From the human T2T-CHM13v2.0 reference genome, Homo sapiens: a stretch of DNA of 64,000 bases. The notes under the pieces were generated by a model, which saw nothing but the letters and a program-made list of their open reading frames with translations, had not been told where the DNA came from and did no database searches. Shown in pieces: positions 60,470 through 64,000 of this stretch (its first letter is position 1; every line of letters begins with the position of its first letter). The stretch is from assembly GCF_009914755.1 (NCBI RefSeq), contig NC_060941.1. One strand, 5' to 3'. The translations under genes were made by a program, and so were the position numbers.

Positions 60470-60926
60470 ACCCTGTCTGGATCTGGACAAGAGCCCACCA
60501 CCCCGTTGGCAGTAGTCAGGCAGCTCTGCTTCTAAGAACCTGCAGCTTTTGGAAGAAAGGCACCCTGTGGTTTCAGAAGCCCAAGAGTCCCTGCAGCTCA
60601 GCACCCCCAGCCTGGTGCTTGGCAGATGACTGCCTCCTCACTTAGCAGAGGGAGCAGGTGAGCATGTATGAAGGGCCGCTCTCAGATCCTTTCAAAGAGA
60701 AGGGTGTCATGCAGATGCCAACAGGTTGATCATCAGAACCAGAGGGTGCTTTAACATGCAGATTCCCGGGCTCTGCCAAGGTGATTCCCAAGGTGATTCC
60801 TGGGTAGGACTGCCAAGGTGAGGCCCGGGAAGCTGTTTCTAAAAGTTCCTGTTGTCTCTGATGCACAACTTGGGTGACAGCCACAGCTGATTGCCAGAAA
60901 GTTATGGCGGGAGGGGGAGATACTGA

Positions 60927-61393
<467 letters not shown>

Positions 61394-62771
61394 GGCATGG
61401 AGTTTTATCAGCAAAGAGTAAACCAAAATGTATTCTCTGAACACAAAACTGGCTGAGAGTGCCAGGCTGAAAGCCGTTGTGCTGGGAGCTGTGGGTGCTG
61501 ACGTCATCCCCCTCCCTGCCCGATGGCTCCTCTTCCAGGGTCTGAACCAGACAGCCAGGAAAAGTGGCGTTCAGAGCGCTGGGCCTTCAAGGTGCCCTTG
61601 GTCTCTTCGGTAGAAAACAAGGAAGCAACGTCCTTGTGTAGGGGTACTGCTCTCCTCCTGGGAGGGGAGGAAATGAGACGCAGCCACGTGTGGTGTGGGG
61701 AGTGCAGTCCGGGCAGAGGGTGGTGGCTCCTCAAATACCCACCCTTGGTTTCCTGCATACCTAAGGGGGTGTGTGACTCAGGGGTCCTTCCTGTTGTCTA
61801 TGGTGTCTTTACATTCACCACCTGAGGGGAAGTTTTAATTTGTAATAAATCTGTATTACGGTGGATGTCCAACTGCCCCAGTGGCTGTAAAAATTAATTC
61901 CTTATCCTAAACATTATTACATAGCTTTCGAAATGAATCGACTTGTGGTTGGGTTCTTGGTTTGGGCCATTATTTCCAATTAGTATAATCAGATAGCATC
62001 ATCCGTAATACTTCCCCTCCTATCCCCAGCCCTCCCTGGGCCCCACACCCTGGTCTTGTCGGGAACTGGATTCGATGAAGTCATCAGAATTGTCAATGGC
62101 ATACAGTGGGTGGAGACTGCCTGCTGATTCTGATGGCTGAGAAAGAGGTTTTCTTTCCATTCTCGAATAGTCAATTTTGCTCACTGTTGTTGTGGTTTGT
62201 TTCTTTCAGAAAACTGTGTATTCTTCAGAACATCATGATAACCTGGCACTCATGGGTCTATGGAGAGAATTCAGGGGGTCTGGGAGCTTGGATGGAATAA
62301 ATTTGCATCTTTATTTTCAGGAAAGTTTTACTGAAGTTTAGCATTTTCTTTCATTATAAATGGAATCAGTATAACCCAATAGTATGAGCAGTTACTTCTC
62401 CGCAACATCAAAGTGGCTGCAGATATCTCAAAATAGTATTTACATTTATCATAACTTAGAAATTTGGGTGGTAATTAAACCAGCAACTATTCTTTGTTTA
62501 ATGCATTAAGAAAGAAGTATGTATACTATCATATCTCAATTAAAAATATTTTAAGAACTGGATTTTAACTTTATTGGTTTCCTTTGTAACTCTCTGTATT
62601 TCATTTTAGGCATTTAAAAATATTATTTTGAGAAGGGCTTCCGCAGATGTCAGAGGTGTCCATGGCAGAGCCATGATTAAGATCCGCTGGTGTAGACTAC
62701 AGCAGGTGTGTGCGTCTGAGGTTGGTATGGAAGTTGTGTTTGTGTTCAAATCCTAGTCTCCCATCTCATAG

Positions 62772-63110
<339 letters not shown>

Positions 63111-63179
63111 TCATCACTTTAAAATAGGAATAATAGCCACCATACAAGGGTATTGGGAACGATTAAAAGTGTTAGTACT

Positions 63180-63268
63180 ACAGGAATAATTCTAGGACCT
63201 AACCTCATACAGCTGCAGGAGCACTGAATGAGATAATCCATGAGGTTAGGTCCTAGCATTATTCCTGT
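63180..63268. repeat. 29-bp inverted repeat (1 mismatch) with 31-nt loop in MIR-derived sequence
   Basis: ACAGGAATAATTCTAGGACCTAACCTCAT / ATGAGGTTAGGTCCTAGCATTATTCCTGT. Confidence 0.93.
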
Positions 63269-63669
63269 TTTACAGATGGGGAAGTTGAGGTTTATTTCAA
63301 GTAAGTGCCCAAGGTCACATAGCTAGGAAGTGGTAGAACTAGGATTCGAGCCCCAGCCATTGGACAGCGGATCCCATCCCAGATCCTATATTGCCCTCCA
63401 AAAAGTCAAGCACCCCTGGGTCAGTGGAAGTTGCAATCTGGGTCATACAGAGTCTGGAGGCCAGTCTCCAATTTCTAGGCTCTTAGAGCCCTCATTTGAC
63501 CTTGAGCTCTAACAAAGTGCTCACAAACATGTGCCAGTGACTTGCCACAATGAAGGACAGTTGTGTGGGTCTATGGTGGGGTGATGCGTTGCTTCTTACT
63601 GAATGTGAAATAAAGCTTAGGAACACTAGATCTGTGTGCTTCAGGAGTGGTGGGGATTGCCCTGGTTGA

Positions 63670-64000
<331 letters not shown>

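Overview
Primate (almost certainly human, 17q25.3) genomic DNA. Bases 1-26.6 kb are the 3' part of SEPTIN9 (+ strand). I spliced nine GT-AG exons by hand (7846-24688). They give an uninterrupted septin GTPase (GQSGLGKS, DTPG, AKAD motifs, septin unique element, no C-terminal coiled coil), 335 aa from the internal ATG at 7878. An in-frame alternative upstream coding exon at 1219-1603 would give 474 aa. The ~1.9 kb 3' UTR ends at AATAAA 26598. The rest is intergenic and rich in repeats (Alu, MIR, L1, L2, MaLR/ERVL/ERV1 LTRs including an intact LTR12), with a CpG island at ~54.5-55.4 kb. No prokaryote-type system is present and nearly all listed ORFs are spurious. The most interesting unexplained structures are: a 202-bp, 95%-identical non-Alu inverted repeat (57532-58380); a duplicated SEPTIN9 splice donor that would produce an NMD product; a G-rich arm that can pair with the last 3' splice-site tract, a decoy tract, or form a G4; a near-perfect pre-miRNA-sized hairpin made from MIR sequence; and two complementary kb-scale (TGG/TGA) and (CCA/TCA) arrays, both next to MIR 3' ends. 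Repeat family names come from recalled consensus sequences and their boundaries are approximate.
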